From Lama glama (Eukaryota): a DNA stretch of 64,000 bases. Under the pieces are notes generated by a model, which was not told the origin of the DNA, made no database searches, and saw nothing but the letters and a program-made list of their open reading frames with translations. The position numbers and the translations under genes are program-made. Of the stretch, positions 62,696 through 64,000 are shown piece by piece (the stretch's first letter is position 1; each line of letters opens with the position of its first letter). The stretch lies in contig CM052818.1 of assembly GCA_028534125.1 (NCBI GenBank), positions 31,188,001-31,252,000 of the forward strand, in the 5' to 3' direction.

Positions 62696-64000
62696 CCCTC
62701 AGGAAAGCCCAGAGTTCCACTCCTAGACTAGAATGATCTTGAGTCTCTGCTGAAGATGGATAACTCCAACGTGAGCTTTACCGACCAGCCAGGGAAGAGA
62801 GCTGTTGGTCACTGGAGGTCAAGTTGTGGTGAATGTCAAGGGTGCAGATAAGGACAGAGACCAGAGCCAGGCTTAGCTCATCATACCGTGCTAGCTAATT
62901 AGTGAACACCGGCATTAGGGCTCCAAGGGAAGCAGAGGGCTCTTCACTTTCTATCTTTAGTGGCTTGAGGGAGGAAACGGGGAAGGAAGCCAGCATTGGA
63001 GCTGGCTCTGTGGTTCCCCATGCCTCCCTGAAAGCTTTGCCCTATCATGGGAAGTTTTGCAAATGCGGACAATTCTTTCCCCTTTAATTCTCCAAGACTT
63101 CCTAGAATTTTAGAGATACTCGCCATAGTGTGTGTCCCCACAGTGGTTGGGGGTGGGTGGAGCCCCACTGTGGGTATGAGGTCAGTGTCTGGGGTCTGAG
63201 AACGCATGCCTTTACCTGGGTCTGCAGAGAGCTGATATTTGACACAGAGCAGAATGTTGGGTGGAAGGCTGGAAGGTGGGTGAAGTCACCAGGGCACAGA
63301 GCTGCCTCGGGGAATGGGTGTGGCAGAGGATGGGCGAGTGTGCCACGTGGGTGCTCCCTTTCGCTGGGTAGACAGATGCCTTTGTCCAGGGGCCTGCCCT
63401 GAATTGATAAGCTGATCTCTCTGATTCTGCTTTTTTTTTTTTTATGATAACATCACGATTTATTGAGCATCTCCTCGTGCTGGCCGTTCACTCCCTGCTT
63501 TACAGGATCATTGCTGTCACGCCAGGCGGTTTAGTGTCTTTTACCCAACCATGTTCTTATGGGGCCCTTCTGAGTTGGAAGAGGAAGTTATGTTCACGGC
63601 CTTCAATTTCTCCTACACTGAGAGGGGAAAGGATGGAGCGAGCTGGGGGACAAACATTGGTCTTTTGTGTTTACCCACCAGGTGTGTCTGTGTATGTGAC
63701 ATTCATCACGGTGGCAGTGGGTATTTTTTACATTCCACATTTGATGTCTTCCCTCTCGGACGCTAATTATGCCTTTATAGCTCCAGAATTACATGCTTTT
63801 ATGTTCCAGTTCCACTCTAAACCCCAAAGGACACCCTTCACACAGCACTAGAGGGATCGCTTCATTCACTGAAAATCAGATCACGTGACAACTTTCCACT
63901 ACACATACCATCTACAATGTGCATCTTACGCTGTGGCCCGTAAGACCTTGCCTCCCCTCCCCTACTGCCACTGCACCTCAGTTTCTTTGCTGCAGGACTG

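Noticed and set aside
18246..64000. 3' end of the neighbouring gene (LCLAT1 lies on this side in human, from recall)
   Set aside because: No acyltransferase-like exon recognised on either strand; it probably lies beyond the window.

Overview
Mammalian genomic DNA, probably camelid (inferred from short tRNA-derived SINEs and young L1 3' ends resembling camelid families). Positions 670-18245 on the + strand hold the 3' part of calpain-13 (CAPN13): nine coding exons that splice into one open frame ending WMNLVMYN-stop (penta-EF-hand region), plus a separate non-coding last exon with AATAAA at 18223. One intron (4305-5963) is a GT-AG U12-type minor-spliceosome intron. The remaining ~46 kb is repeat-rich intergenic DNA (L1, L2, MIR, MaLR LTRs, hAT/MER elements, SINEs) in which I found no further protein-coding exon. 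The most unusual element is an ~800 bp polyadenylated, TSD-flanked, L2-containing insert nested inside a younger L1 in the last CAPN13 intron, best explained as a retrocopy of an unidentified transcript or an orphan transduction. I found no convincing new multi-gene system. Repeat family names and orthologue comparisons come from recalled consensus or human sequences, not database searches, and repeat boundaries are approximate unless TSDs are given.
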